Positions 8,539-17,720 of a stretch of DNA of 24,970 nucleotides are shown one piece after another. The stretch lies in contig JBFEXS010000021.1 of NCBI GenBank assembly GCA_041562555.1, forward strand, positions 1-24,970, read 5' to 3'. Below the pieces are notes generated by a model that did not search any database, was not told the DNA's origin, and was given only the letters and a program-made list of their open reading frames with translations. The position numbers and the translations under genes are program-made. The stretch comes from Sulfurimonadaceae bacterium. Lineage in GTDB: Bacteria; Campylobacterota; Campylobacteria; Campylobacterales; Sulfurimonadaceae. Position 1 is the stretch's first letter, and each line of letters opens with the position of its first letter.

Positions 8539-9487
8539 ACTCGTCTGGCTTTTTCTTCTAGGCACGGCACTGCTTTCCCCTTTTATAGGTACAGCCAACC
8601 TTGAACTTGACACACTTCTAGAGAGCGGTTCCCTTTCTCAACGCATCTTTGTTGAGCTTCGCCTTCCGCGAATACTGCTTGCCTTTTTCACGGGCGGGAC
8701 CCTCGCCTTGGCCGGCTTGCTTTTTCAGACCCTCTTTCGCAATGCCTTGATGACCCCCTTTACCCTCGGCGTTTCGGGAGGAGCAGTACTGGGTGCAGGC
8801 CTCGCTATCAAATTGGGATTAGGAGTGATCATCGGTATCTCTGCCGTCTCCTTTTTTGGCTTTATCGGTGCCTTTTCTACCGTTATCATGCTCATTGTAT
8901 TATCACGATACCTCAAGAAGTCCGAGCAGACCTCTTTGCTTCTTTTGGGAATCGCCCTCTCCTTTTTCTATACTTCTGCACTCATGGTCATCTTCTATCT
9001 CAGTTCATTTACCGAAACAGCGACCATTATGCGTTTTACTATGGGTAGCCTCTCTACTGTGGGTTATGTGCATGTGATCACAATAGCACTATTTGCCCTG
9101 TTGTTACTACTGTCACTCTGGCTAAAACGATTTGAGCTACAGCTGCTCTCCATCAGCGATGAACAAGCCGCACTGAAAGGGATCAACACCAAAAGACTGA
9201 CCTACCTCTTCTTGATCATCTCTTCTCTGGCGATCGGGGTACTTGTGAGTCTTACAGGGCCCATTGGCTTTATCGGTCTTATTATTCCCCATATGGTACG
9301 TAAGCTTTATGAAAAACCGGTTGTTTCATTGATCTTTCCAAGCTTTTTTCTAGGCGGCCTGTTTCTGCTCTTTTGTGACACCCTCGCCCGTTTTTTCTCA
9401 TACGGAAGTGAAATCCCTATCGGGGTTGTAACCGCCCTAATCGGTGGACCGTTTTTTATCTATCTGATTATCACTAAAAGTGCTTAA
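8531..9487 (+). CDS. btuC: Cobamide ABC transporter permease (FecCD family)
   Basis: LRLPR, FQTLFRNALMTPFTLGVSGGA, GPIGFIGLIIPH and EIPIGVVTALIGGPFF motifs. Start at ATG 8531 after GGAG. Confidence 0.82.
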   Translation: MNRLVWLFLLGTALLSPFIGTANLELDTLLESGSLSQRIFVELRLPRILLAFFTGGTLALAGLLFQTLFRNALMTPFTLGVSGGAVLGAGLAIKLGLGVIIGISAVSFFGFIGAFSTVIMLIVLSRYLKKSEQTSLLLLGIALSFFYTSALMVIFYLSSFTETATIMRFTMGSLSTVGYVHVITIALFALLLLLSLWLKRFELQLLSISDEQAALKGINTKRLTYLFLIISSLAIGVLVSLTGPIGFIGLIIPHMVRKLYEKPVVSLIFPSFFLGGLFLLFCDTLARFFSYGSEIPIGVVTALIGGPFFIYLIITKSA

Positions 9488-9939
9488 TAAAGGATCTGTC
9501 GCAACTGCATCGCAAACCACAAGATGCCGAGATTGAGGAAAAAGATCAAAAGGGAGCTTCCCCTTGAGACAAACTTTTGAAAGTTCGTGCGGGATGATTG
9601 GTGGGTTCTAAAGGCGATCACCATATGTATACCGGTCAGGATAGTGATCGATATCACATAGATGAGTTTATGTGCCATCATATACCCTAATCGCGATATC
9701 TCAATATCAAGTGTCAGTTTAGCGTCCAGTCCGAAATGATAGAACATGATGAGACCGGTAATCCACAATACGATCAACCAAAAGCTCTCAAAATATCCGT
9801 ACAATGGGCCTAAATACTCATACGTCTGTGCCTGCGCCTGCTCGCCCTTTAGAAAAATGCCGAGCAAAAAGAGCAGGAGTGCTCCCCCTATCCATGCCGT
9901 CGCCGAAAGAATGTGGATATATAAGACGATATCGATCAT
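9484..9939 (-). CDS. CopD-like four-TM membrane protein
   Basis: HILSATAWIGG resembles the CopD H..AA..W.GG motif. Four hydrophobic segments with His residues. Confidence 0.65.
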   Translation of the reverse strand: MIDIVLYIHILSATAWIGGALLLFLLGIFLKGEQAQAQTYEYLGPLYGYFESFWLIVLWITGLIMFYHFGLDAKLTLDIEISRLGYMMAHKLIYVISITILTGIHMVIAFRTHQSSRTNFQKFVSRGSSLLIFFLNLGILWFAMQLRQILY

Positions 9940-10087
9940 AAAACAACTTTATATTTTTTTACATCACAGCATCTCTTCATCCGCTGCTTGATCCATATAA
10001 CAACTGCATGCTATACGACAATACCGTGGAATCATTCCGCCAATTAAAGAGTCAACAGGCTTTAATAATGACTATCGAAGCAGTGCA

Positions 10088-10930
10088 CTACTTCTTTTGG
10101 GTAGCTTTGCCCTTGCTCTTGTCGTAGAAGTAGTTCGTCGCCTGGACAAATCCATCCACGCTACCGCAATCAAAACGCTCTCCCTTGAACTTATACGCGA
10201 GTACCATCCCCTCTTTTGCCTGGGTCAACAGGGCATCCGTGATCTGGACCTCTCCATTTTTACCCGGTTTCGTCTCCCGGATCACATCAAAGATATCAGG
10301 TGTCAGGATATAACGGCCGATGATCGCAAGGTTGGAAGGGGCATCTTTAGGGTCTGGTTTTTCTACCATATCTGAGATCATAAAAACGCCTTCTTCAATC
10401 TCTTTACCTGCGATCATCCCATACTTATGTGTCTCTTCTTTAGGTACCTCTTCAATGGCGACAATACAGCATTGGTACTTTTTGTATAACTCTACCATCT
10501 GAGAAAGGACGCCTCCGTGGCTATTACCATCACACAAATCATCTGCAAGAACAACGGCAAAGGGTTCATTCCCGATCAGAGTCTCTCCGGTCAGGATCGC
10601 ATGTCCCAGGCCCTTCATCTCTATCTGGCGGGTATACGAGAAGGTACATTTACCGATCAGGTCACGGATACTTTTCAGCAACGGTTCCTTGGAAGTACCC
10701 TTGATCTGGTTCTCAAGTTCGTAAGAGATATCGAAATGATCCTCAATAGCACGTTTACCACGTCCTGTGACGATAGCCATAGTACTCATACCTGCCTGAA
10801 CAGCCTCTTCCACCCCATACTCGATAAGTGGACGGGTCAATACCGGAAGCATCTCTTTGGGCATTGCCTTGGTCGCAGGCAGGAAACGTGTACCATAACC
10901 TGCCGCTGGAAACAAACATTTTTTGATCAT
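10088..10930 (-). CDS. galU: UTP--glucose-1-phosphate uridylyltransferase
   Basis: KKCLFPAAGYGTRFLPATKAMPKEMLP, GLGHA, VEKP and QITDA motifs. Confidence 0.96.
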   Translation of the reverse strand: MIKKCLFPAAGYGTRFLPATKAMPKEMLPVLTRPLIEYGVEEAVQAGMSTMAIVTGRGKRAIEDHFDISYELENQIKGTSKEPLLKSIRDLIGKCTFSYTRQIEMKGLGHAILTGETLIGNEPFAVVLADDLCDGNSHGGVLSQMVELYKKYQCCIVAIEEVPKEETHKYGMIAGKEIEEGVFMISDMVEKPDPKDAPSNLAIIGRYILTPDIFDVIRETKPGKNGEVQITDALLTQAKEGMVLAYKFKGERFDCGSVDGFVQATNYFYDKSKGKATQKK

Positions 10931-10957
10931 AAAAAAGCCTCAATTAAAATTTAACGA

Positions 10958-10966
10958 ATTATACCA
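10958..10966 (-). promoter_or_regulatory. Extended -10 promoter of galU
   Basis: Minus strand reads TGGTATAAT, 27 nt upstream of the galU ATG. Confidence 0.6.
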
Positions 10967-10996
10967 GTCTACTATAACAATTAGTTTACATGGGAC

Positions 10997-12040
10997 CTAT
11001 TTGGCCAGTGAGTTTGTCAGACGTCCCATATCGTTCATATAATCCATGAATCCTTTCGTATAAAGGACTTTGACCTCATCACCAAGATGGATCTCATCCC
11101 CATCAAGTTCATCTTCGATCTCAGCCCATGCCGATCTCTTCTGTATCTTGTCGGAGATCTTTGCCCTAGCGATACGGTGTGACTCAATGCTCTCATCTTC
11201 TGTTAAAAGGTTTTGCACCCTCTTTTTCGTGAATATCTCCAGTTCATCCCCCTCTTTGATACCATCTTGAGAGCCCAGGGATATCTTGACAATCTTGTCC
11301 CCATCGAGTTCACGGGCTTCGATGATATATCCCTTGGGTGCAAAAAAGTTTTTCAACTCGATACGGGCACCGTGGATAGCATCCTCGGCTGCTTTGTTCA
11401 ACAGACCGTGATCGACATAGGCACGTTTACCTAAGAACTTGGAGTCCTCATTTCGACTTTTATTATCGCTGAAAGGGATGATCTTTTCTATACGCATGGA
11501 AGGCAAGGCATAGATCTTGATCTGTCCGTCGACCTCAGCGGTATAGACGTAATGCGCCGGAGTCACATAGACCTTTCCCTTATCGTCTGTCCACTGGCGT
11601 GCCTGTACGAAACGGGAGGTAAAACTTGCATTTTTAAGCTCCCCCGAGATGGCATAATCCGCCGAGTCCAGAATGATGTTATCCTCAGAAACCACCCCGT
11701 TCATCTCACTCAGACGCATCTCATCTTCAAACTTCTGTGTCGCTGAACGATCCAGTACTTCGATTGCCTTATCCTTAGCTATCTTTGTCTCTATCATACG
11801 CATCAGTGCCTTACCTAGATTGGCCGATCGGGCTTCGTTAAACCCGCTGTCATCGATACTGGTGATAACGACTTTGACTTTTTCCCCTTTTAATGCCTGC
11901 TTGGACGGCATGACATCTGCCCTTGGGATCTCATAAGGTCTATAGGCATTCAGGTTTGCAATACCTGTACCGCACCCGCTGAACAGCAGTAAGGACACCG
12001 CTGTCACAGATACAATATTGATATATCTATTCGCTCTCAT
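10997..12040 (-). CDS. Lipoprotein with CsgG-like N-terminal and FlgT-C-like C-terminal region
   Basis: Lipobox LFSGC. VLDRS...ADYAISGE resembles the CsgG/TolB-N fold, and ISLGSQDGIKEGDELEIF resembles the FlgT C-terminal domain. Confidence 0.65.
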   Translation of the reverse strand: MRANRYINIVSVTAVSLLLFSGCGTGIANLNAYRPYEIPRADVMPSKQALKGEKVKVVITSIDDSGFNEARSANLGKALMRMIETKIAKDKAIEVLDRSATQKFEDEMRLSEMNGVVSEDNIILDSADYAISGELKNASFTSRFVQARQWTDDKGKVYVTPAHYVYTAEVDGQIKIYALPSMRIEKIIPFSDNKSRNEDSKFLGKRAYVDHGLLNKAAEDAIHGARIELKNFFAPKGYIIEARELDGDKIVKISLGSQDGIKEGDELEIFTKKRVQNLLTEDESIESHRIARAKISDKIQKRSAWAEIEDELDGDEIHLGDEVKVLYTKGFMDYMNDMGRLTNSLAK

Positions 12041-12059
12041 ATCTTCTCCTTATCTAAGC

Positions 12060-13037
12060 TTACTCTATGCCCAAGACGGCATATAGACCCTCTTGCTCAA
12101 ATTTTCGTGCCAACAGATTGCGGGCATCCAGTTTTGCCTTTTCATAATCATATCGTGACTTGCCACTTATGGTGATATTGTTCGATGCGATCCCCTTATC
12201 AGCCTGCTTACTTGTCAATAGTAGATTTGCTTTTGCGATCTTAAAACCATAGACTTCATCCGTTTGAAAAGAGCCGCTGAGATATACATAGGTATTGGCA
12301 CCTTTTGCACTGACTTCTATGCCCTCTTTGTTCAAGGCTTCTTTTACCGTATCCACAAAGACCTGCATCGATACATCTGAACTTACAGCGATCTTGACGC
12401 GATGCTGTGCACCTTTTTCAGCCTCTGCGACCTCTCTTGACTGCTCTAAGTAAGGATCAATGTCAAAATTTTTGTTGATCGTCTGTGCCAGGAGTGCCAG
12501 AGATTTCAGCGTATGTTGCTTTTGTGCTCTTTGCTTATAAAGGGAGACCTGTTTGATGATCGGAGCCTTTTTGATTTGAAGCTTTTCTCCTTCCAATTCC
12601 TTGGAAAAGCGTTCGAGTTTTAACTTCTGATCCTGGAAAAGCCGTTCCCTTGAGACCTCGATCAACAGAATGATCTTTTCACCCATCTGTTGATTGTTGA
12701 TGATCCTATACTCACTGAACTCCATCTCTTTTGCCTGGGCTTTGATACTGCTCACTGCCGAAGTATAGCTACTGCTTCCACCGTCATATTTTGTACTGGA
12801 TTCTTGCTTTTTAAACTCCGAACTGACTGTCAGAGAAAGGGACTCTGAGATAAAGCTTAGTGCCGCTGCCTTCGCCTGATTGATGTCACTACCTTCTCCT
12901 ACACCGTATAAAGACGCTGTAGTGTTAGATGGCGGGTTTAGGTACCAAGAAGGGTAAGAGAGCAGTTCAACCTTAGGTTGTTCCCCGCCGCATCCTAATA
13001 CAAACAATAGTACAACTGCAGATAATAAATATCTCAT
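12060..13037 (-). CDS. LPP20-family lipoprotein
   Basis: Lipobox VLGC and PSWY...LYGVGEG...AKAAAL motif. Shine-Dalgarno AGGAG. Confidence 0.7.
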   Translation of the reverse strand: MRYLLSAVVLLFVLGCGGEQPKVELLSYPSWYLNPPSNTTASLYGVGEGSDINQAKAAALSFISESLSLTVSSEFKKQESSTKYDGGSSSYTSAVSSIKAQAKEMEFSEYRIINNQQMGEKIILLIEVSRERLFQDQKLKLERFSKELEGEKLQIKKAPIIKQVSLYKQRAQKQHTLKSLALLAQTINKNFDIDPYLEQSREVAEAEKGAQHRVKIAVSSDVSMQVFVDTVKEALNKEGIEVSAKGANTYVYLSGSFQTDEVYGFKIAKANLLLTSKQADKGIASNNITISGKSRYDYEKAKLDARNLLARKFEQEGLYAVLGIE

Positions 13038-13181
13038 GATATCTCCTTGGTATTCCCGTAATTATCTAAGACCTTTAAAAGTATCACAAACAAACTGAGG
13101 CAAAGAAATCATATCCGTCAAATCACTCTAAATTCATCGTATTTTTCTTCCTTGTATCTACTCGTAACATCCGCAGACAGC

Positions 13182-13688
13182 TTAGAACTTCCAGCCAAAG
13201 TAGACAATCAAAAAACCTACATTCTCGATCTTTCCATGTGTAAATGAGGGAACATAGGCCGTATTGACACTAAAGTCCTTATAATAAAAAGAGCTCAATG
13301 GCGCCACTCCCCCTAACAGATCATACGCTGCATCTTCGGGCAATACATCTGTTTTATAATTGTCTTTTTTGACCATGACAAAGGCAGCGACACCAATTGA
13401 TACGGAACTGTTTTCACTGAGTTTAAAACGGATATTGGGAGAGGCTGAGATGGTATATTGCCATTCATCCATAGAGTCCTTCAAGGCGGTGAAGTTTGAG
13501 CCGAAGTAAAGTTCATCATACTCCCTAAAGCTCGTGAACTCATACCCTATACCGTAATTGACCTCATTATACGTATCACCGTTGTTTCGGTGTGATTTTT
13601 CATGCTTTGTAAATCCCGATACAAGGAGACGATGCTCATTCGCATTAAGTATGGTAACAAGAAGAAATAAAAATAAAACCTGTTTCAT
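13182..13688 (-). CDS. PagP-like outer-membrane beta-barrel (putative acyltransferase)
   Basis: Signal peptide MKQVLFLFLLVTILNA. Motifs KH, YNEVNYGIG, ALKDS..EW, YVP and a terminal F parallel E. coli PagP (WH, YNERPWGGG, AFKDS.NKW, YIP). Confidence 0.55.
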   Translation of the reverse strand: MKQVLFLFLLVTILNANEHRLLVSGFTKHEKSHRNNGDTYNEVNYGIGYEFTSFREYDELYFGSNFTALKDSMDEWQYTISASPNIRFKLSENSSVSIGVAAFVMVKKDNYKTDVLPEDAAYDLLGGVAPLSSFYYKDFSVNTAYVPSFTHGKIENVGFLIVYFGWKF

Positions 13689-13780
13689 ATTATTCTTTTT
13701 TATTACTATAGTAACACTAAAAAAGAGCAAGATTGTTTATGAAAAAAATTAAAATAAAGATAGGACTATGTTTTAAGATT

Positions 13781-13808
13781 GGACTCTTCCAAATAGATGG
13801 AAAAGCCC
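13781..13808 (-). terminator. Hairpin downstream of purE
   Basis: GGGCTTTTCCA-tctatt-TGGAAGAGTCC forms an 11-bp stem with G-U pairs on the minus strand. No U-tract. Confidence 0.4.
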
Positions 13809-13821
13809 TGAACGAGAAGAC

Positions 13822-14343
13822 TCAGTTCATCTGACTGAGATAGGCTTTGTACTTTAGATCCTGTAACTTCTGTGATTTTTGTTCAACTTCTTTTGCCATG
13901 TTTTCTTTATACGCACTGATCTTTGCACGTAGTTCATTATCACTGGCACCAATGATCTGAGCGGCCAGAATACCCGCATTTTTTGCCCCATTGACTGCCA
14001 CCGTTGCCACAGGAACACCTCCTGGCATCTGTACGATAGAGAGCAGTGAGTCCATTCCCTCAAGGGATTTTCCCTTCACCGGTACACCGATCACCGGAAG
14101 AGCTGTTTCTGAAGCAACCATTCCCGGAAGGTGAGCCGCACCACCTGCACCGGCGATAATCACCTTTAGACCCCTATCGGCCGCACTGGTGGCATACTCT
14201 ACCAGTTTACCCGGAGTTCTATGCGCCGATACGATATCCACTTCATAAGCAATACCGAACTCTTCACATATATCTGCCGCAGCACTCATCACCGGCAGAT
14301 CCGAATCGCTTCCCATAATAATCCCAACTACTGCTTTGCTCAT
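13822..14343 (-). CDS. purE: N5-carboxyaminoimidazole ribonucleotide mutase
   Basis: [26 protein letters not shown] and [11 protein letters not shown] motifs. Confidence 0.97.
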   Translation of the reverse strand: MSKAVVGIIMGSDSDLPVMSAAADICEEFGIAYEVDIVSAHRTPGKLVEYATSAADRGLKVIIAGAGGAAHLPGMVASETALPVIGVPVKGKSLEGMDSLLSIVQMPGGVPVATVAVNGAKNAGILAAQIIGASDNELRAKISAYKENMAKEVEQKSQKLQDLKYKAYLSQMN

Positions 14344-15491
14344 ATCTTTTTGCTTCCTTTGACTTTTAAAATATTTTTCGCCCTCATCGCTTTTTCCAGT
14401 GCCTTATCAATATCATCATCCAAAACAGTGATATGTCCCATCTTCCGAAAAGGCTTGGTAAAACTTTTACCATAAAAATGAAAAGAGAGCTCAGGGATCT
14501 CGAGGGCCTCATGAATCCCGTCAATAAAAGGCTCGCCCTCATATCCCTCTTCTCCCAGGACATTGACCATCACAGCCGGAGAGATCAGTTTTGTCGAACC
14601 AAGAGGAAGATTTGTCACTGCACGGATGATCTGCTCAAACTGTGAAGTCGCACAGGCTTCAACGGTATAGTGCCCGGAGTTATGTGGTCTGGGAGCAATC
14701 TCATTGACCAGAATATCACCGCTCTTTGTCAAAAAGAGCTCCACCCCGAAAATACCTACACCATCAAGTGCTTTGATTGACTTTTCTGAGATCTCTATAG
14801 CACGCTCTTCGATCTCCTTGGATATTTTTGCAGGGGCCATGACACTGTCACAGATATTGACGCGCTCGTCAAACAGCATCTCCACAACCGGATAGCATTT
14901 GATCTCGCCTTCCATATTTCTGGCAACGATAATCGCAAGTTCTTTGTCAATGTCTACCAACTCTTCAATAAAGGACTCTGTCTTTAGAGCATTCGGGATA
15001 TCATCTGCTGACTTGAGCATCAACACGCCCTTTCCATCGTATCCCTCTTTTTTACTCTTTTGGATCACTGGAAAACCAAAACTGGCCAGGTCCTCATCTG
15101 TCTGCACACTTTTATATTTTGGTACAGGTATACCGCTCTCATCAAGCAGTTTTTTCTGCTCGTATTTATCTTGAATCAGTTCAATAACGTAAGGAGAAGG
15201 ATGTATATTATGTCCGTTGTCGTATAACTTTTTTAAAATGGTTGTATCGACATGCTCTAGTTCAAAGGTAGTGACATCGTTCTCTTGAACCAGCTGCTCA
15301 AGTTTCTCACTATCATGAAATCCGCCCATGATGTGTTTGTCGGACACCTGAGCGGCAGGGCAGTTGAAGGTCGGATCTAGAATCGTCACATGAAAGCCCA
15401 TTTTTTTGGCTTTTTGCGACATAATCTTGCCCAGTTGTCCTCCGCCGATAATCCCCAGTTTTAAATTAGAGTAGTTAAAGTTTTTATCCAT
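14340..15491 (-). CDS. purK: N5-carboxyaminoimidazole ribonucleotide synthase
   Basis: [29 protein letters not shown] and RKMGH motifs. ATGA overlap with purE. Confidence 0.96.
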   Translation of the reverse strand: MDKNFNYSNLKLGIIGGGQLGKIMSQKAKKMGFHVTILDPTFNCPAAQVSDKHIMGGFHDSEKLEQLVQENDVTTFELEHVDTTILKKLYDNGHNIHPSPYVIELIQDKYEQKKLLDESGIPVPKYKSVQTDEDLASFGFPVIQKSKKEGYDGKGVLMLKSADDIPNALKTESFIEELVDIDKELAIIVARNMEGEIKCYPVVEMLFDERVNICDSVMAPAKISKEIEERAIEISEKSIKALDGVGIFGVELFLTKSGDILVNEIAPRPHNSGHYTVEACATSQFEQIIRAVTNLPLGSTKLISPAVMVNVLGEEGYEGEPFIDGIHEALEIPELSFHFYGKSFTKPFRKMGHITVLDDDIDKALEKAMRAKNILKVKGSKKI

Positions 15492-15587
15492 ATTATCTCT
15501 TTGTAGACGTAATACGGTATTTTAGCCTAACTACTATGTAAACTATATAAAATCTTAAGGATACCCAAAAAAGCAACCGTGCTATTT

Positions 15588-15611
15588 TCAACAAGGGTTT
15601 ACCCTTGATGA
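15588..15611 (-). terminator. Hairpin between sbtB and purK
   Basis: TCA-A-CAAGGG-ttta-CCCTTG-A-TGA inverted repeat. No clear U-tract. Confidence 0.35.
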
Positions 15612-15629
15612 TATGTCCGGTATTCCTCC

Positions 15630-15974
15630 CTAGTTGATACTACCGGAGTACTGAAGGTTGATCTTTTCTCGTCTTTGCTTTTCACCCAGCAGTAACATGA
15701 CATCACTAAGCATACATTTCCCGCCATATATCTCCAAAAACTTTCGGACATCTGTTTCCATATCTTCGAACTGGCCCGCCTCACAAACCGTAAAAACATA
15801 ATTATTGCTAAAGATATCGCTCACATCATCGGCAGTTCTCAGGCCATGTCCGCCAGCACCTTCAATATCCTTGATGATGGTATACCCATGAATGCCATGT
15901 CGTTTAAACAGTTCTAATAACCTGTTCACATATACTGCTTCAATGACAAATTCGACTTTTTTCATCTGTTGCAT
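15630..15974 (-). CDS. sbtB: P-II-like regulator of SbtA
   Basis: KKVEFVIE...GYTIIKDIEGAGGHG...YGGKCMLSDV P-II-like pattern. Starts 4 nt after the sbtA stop, at ATG 15974. Confidence 0.8.
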   Translation of the reverse strand: MQQMKKVEFVIEAVYVNRLLELFKRHGIHGYTIIKDIEGAGGHGLRTADDVSDIFSNNYVFTVCEAGQFEDMETDVRKFLEIYGGKCMLSDVMLLLGEKQRREKINLQYSGSIN

Positions 15975-15978
15975 GATC

Positions 15979-16959
15979 TTACCCCCACAATGAATTAATG
16001 ACAAAATAATATAACGGTATCCCCAATGAGATGTTAAACGGAAAGGTCACCGCCAGACTCAGAGGTAAATAAATACCTGGGTTGGCCTGAGGAACCGATA
16101 GACGCATCGCTGCAGGCACAGCAATATACGATGCACTTGCACTAAGCAGTGCCAGCAAGAATGCATCCCCTTTTTCGATCTCAAAAGTATACCCTATACC
16201 TGTTGCTACGAGCGCATTGACCATTGGCATGATCAGTGCAAAGGCAATGAGGAAGAAACCGACTTTTCTCAGTTCATGGATCTTCCTTGCCGCGACAAGT
16301 CCCATATCCAAGAGGAAGAATGCCAGGAAACCTTTGAAGAGTGTTCCAAAGAGCGGCTCCATGGAATGCCACCCTTTCTCCCCTGTCAATATTCCGATAA
16401 TCAAAGCACCCACGAGTAAGAATACCGAAGGATTTAAAAAAGCCTCACGCAGGATCTCTTTCCAATCGGTCTTCTCTTTCTCATCACCCTCTGAACTCTT
16501 GACGAAAATAGCAGCGAAAACCAGTCCGATGACAATAGCAGGTGATTCCATAAGTGCCATGGAGGCGACCATAAATCCGCCATACTCCACACCGATCGTC
16601 TGAAGATAGGTAATACCTGTGATAAAAGTGACCGCACTGATGGACCCGAAGGTAGCCGCGACGGCAATGGCATTATAGACATCGATCTTGGTACGCAATA
16701 CAAAAAAACTGTAGATGGGTACGATCATGGACATGAGCACTGCTATCAAAAGTGCCTTGAAGATATATAGATCCAACCCGCTTTTAGAAAGCTCATACCC
16801 TCCATGCAAACCGATTGCGATAAGCAAATACAGTGAGAACAGTTTTGGCAAAGGTTGTGGTATAGACAGTTCAGATTTTAAAAACACAGCCAGCATCCCT
16901 AAAAAAAAGAAGAGTACCGGTGGATTCAACATATTCTGTAATATTAAATCAATATTCAT
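15979..16959 (-). CDS. sbtA: Sodium-dependent bicarbonate transport family permease
   Basis: YLLIAIGLHGG, FGSISAVTF, MESPAIVIG, FLLDMG, SASYIAVPAAMR and TFPFNI motifs. Confidence 0.9.
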   Translation of the reverse strand: MNIDLILQNMLNPPVLFFFLGMLAVFLKSELSIPQPLPKLFSLYLLIAIGLHGGYELSKSGLDLYIFKALLIAVLMSMIVPIYSFFVLRTKIDVYNAIAVAATFGSISAVTFITGITYLQTIGVEYGGFMVASMALMESPAIVIGLVFAAIFVKSSEGDEKEKTDWKEILREAFLNPSVFLLVGALIIGILTGEKGWHSMEPLFGTLFKGFLAFFLLDMGLVAARKIHELRKVGFFLIAFALIMPMVNALVATGIGYTFEIEKGDAFLLALLSASASYIAVPAAMRLSVPQANPGIYLPLSLAVTFPFNISLGIPLYYFVINSLWG

Positions 16960-17033
16960 TTTCTAACTCCTAATCAAAATAACGGCCATATGTTAGCCAA
17001 GCATAAAAAAAGCATGCTTATCTTTGATACTTG

Positions 17034-17064
17034 TCAAATATTTTAAAAACTTTATAATATTTGA
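17034..17064. promoter_or_regulatory. Inverted repeat (putative operator) upstream of sbtA
   Basis: TCAAATATTTTAAA-AAC-TTTATAATATTTGA (13 of 14 matching), overlapping a minus-strand TTGACA at 17032-17037. Confidence 0.45.
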
Positions 17065-17071
17065 ACCAGCG

Positions 17072-17719
17072 CTATCGTTTTCTTTTTTTTGAAATCCTGG
17101 TTTTATTCGCCTTATACTTGTAGTTTTTCAGCTTCTCCACAATCTTAAAGGAGAGTTCGTGAATCTCGCTTATCTTACAGGTATCGTCCTGATAAAAGTG
17201 TTCACGTTTGCTTTCAAACTGTCCAATGAGTTCCAAAAAGTCAATCTCTTGCAAAAACGGATAGATATGCGTAGACTTCTCTTCACCGAGCACCCATTCA
17301 GCCAGGACACTGACAACCAGAAACACCGGTAGATAGACCGCTTGGCCCGCGAAATGATTACGCACCTGTTGTGCCATCACATCATAATAATCCATCAGCG
17401 GCTCTTCTTGTTTCACCAGGAGCTTTAGCCCGGGATACTGCTTTGAACTCTGTACCAAATTGATCAGATAGTCCACATTGACTACCGATTCCTGGAGCTG
17501 TCCTAGCAGTTTTTTTAATTCTGTATAGACATACACCGCCGACTCGTCTGACTCGCACGCTGCTTCGGTTTGTGCAGCATCCAATTCTCTGAAATAACGT
17601 TCCAAGGCCGTACGGGCGAACACCAGCAAGGCTTCCGTCTTCACATCTCGAAGTAAGCTTGGTTTGATACGCTTGATACAGTTATTGCTCATAAGGTCAT
17701 TTTGTGGTATTGCACTCAT
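17072..17719 (-). CDS. Hypothetical protein, translationally coupled to the biotin carboxylase
   Basis: 215-aa ORF starting 1 nt after the carboxylase stop, with AGGAG upstream. Looks helical, with a basic C-terminal tail. Confidence 0.75.
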   Translation of the reverse strand: MSAIPQNDLMSNNCIKRIKPSLLRDVKTEALLVFARTALERYFRELDAAQTEAACESDESAVYVYTELKKLLGQLQESVVNVDYLINLVQSSKQYPGLKLLVKQEEPLMDYYDVMAQQVRNHFAGQAVYLPVFLVVSVLAEWVLGEEKSTHIYPFLQEIDFLELIGQFESKREHFYQDDTCKISEIHELSFKIVEKLKNYKYKANKTRISKKRKR

Positions 17720-17720
17720 C

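Noticed and set aside
9983..10084. Long-range CTGCTT-GAT/ATC-G-AAGCAG pairing between galU and the CopD-like gene
   Set aside because: A single short stem with no recognisable RNA motif, compatible with chance.
16901..16908. A8 homopolymer in sbtA as a phase-variation site
   Set aside because: It encodes Phe/Leu codons in frame, and such runs are common in this AT-rich sequence.
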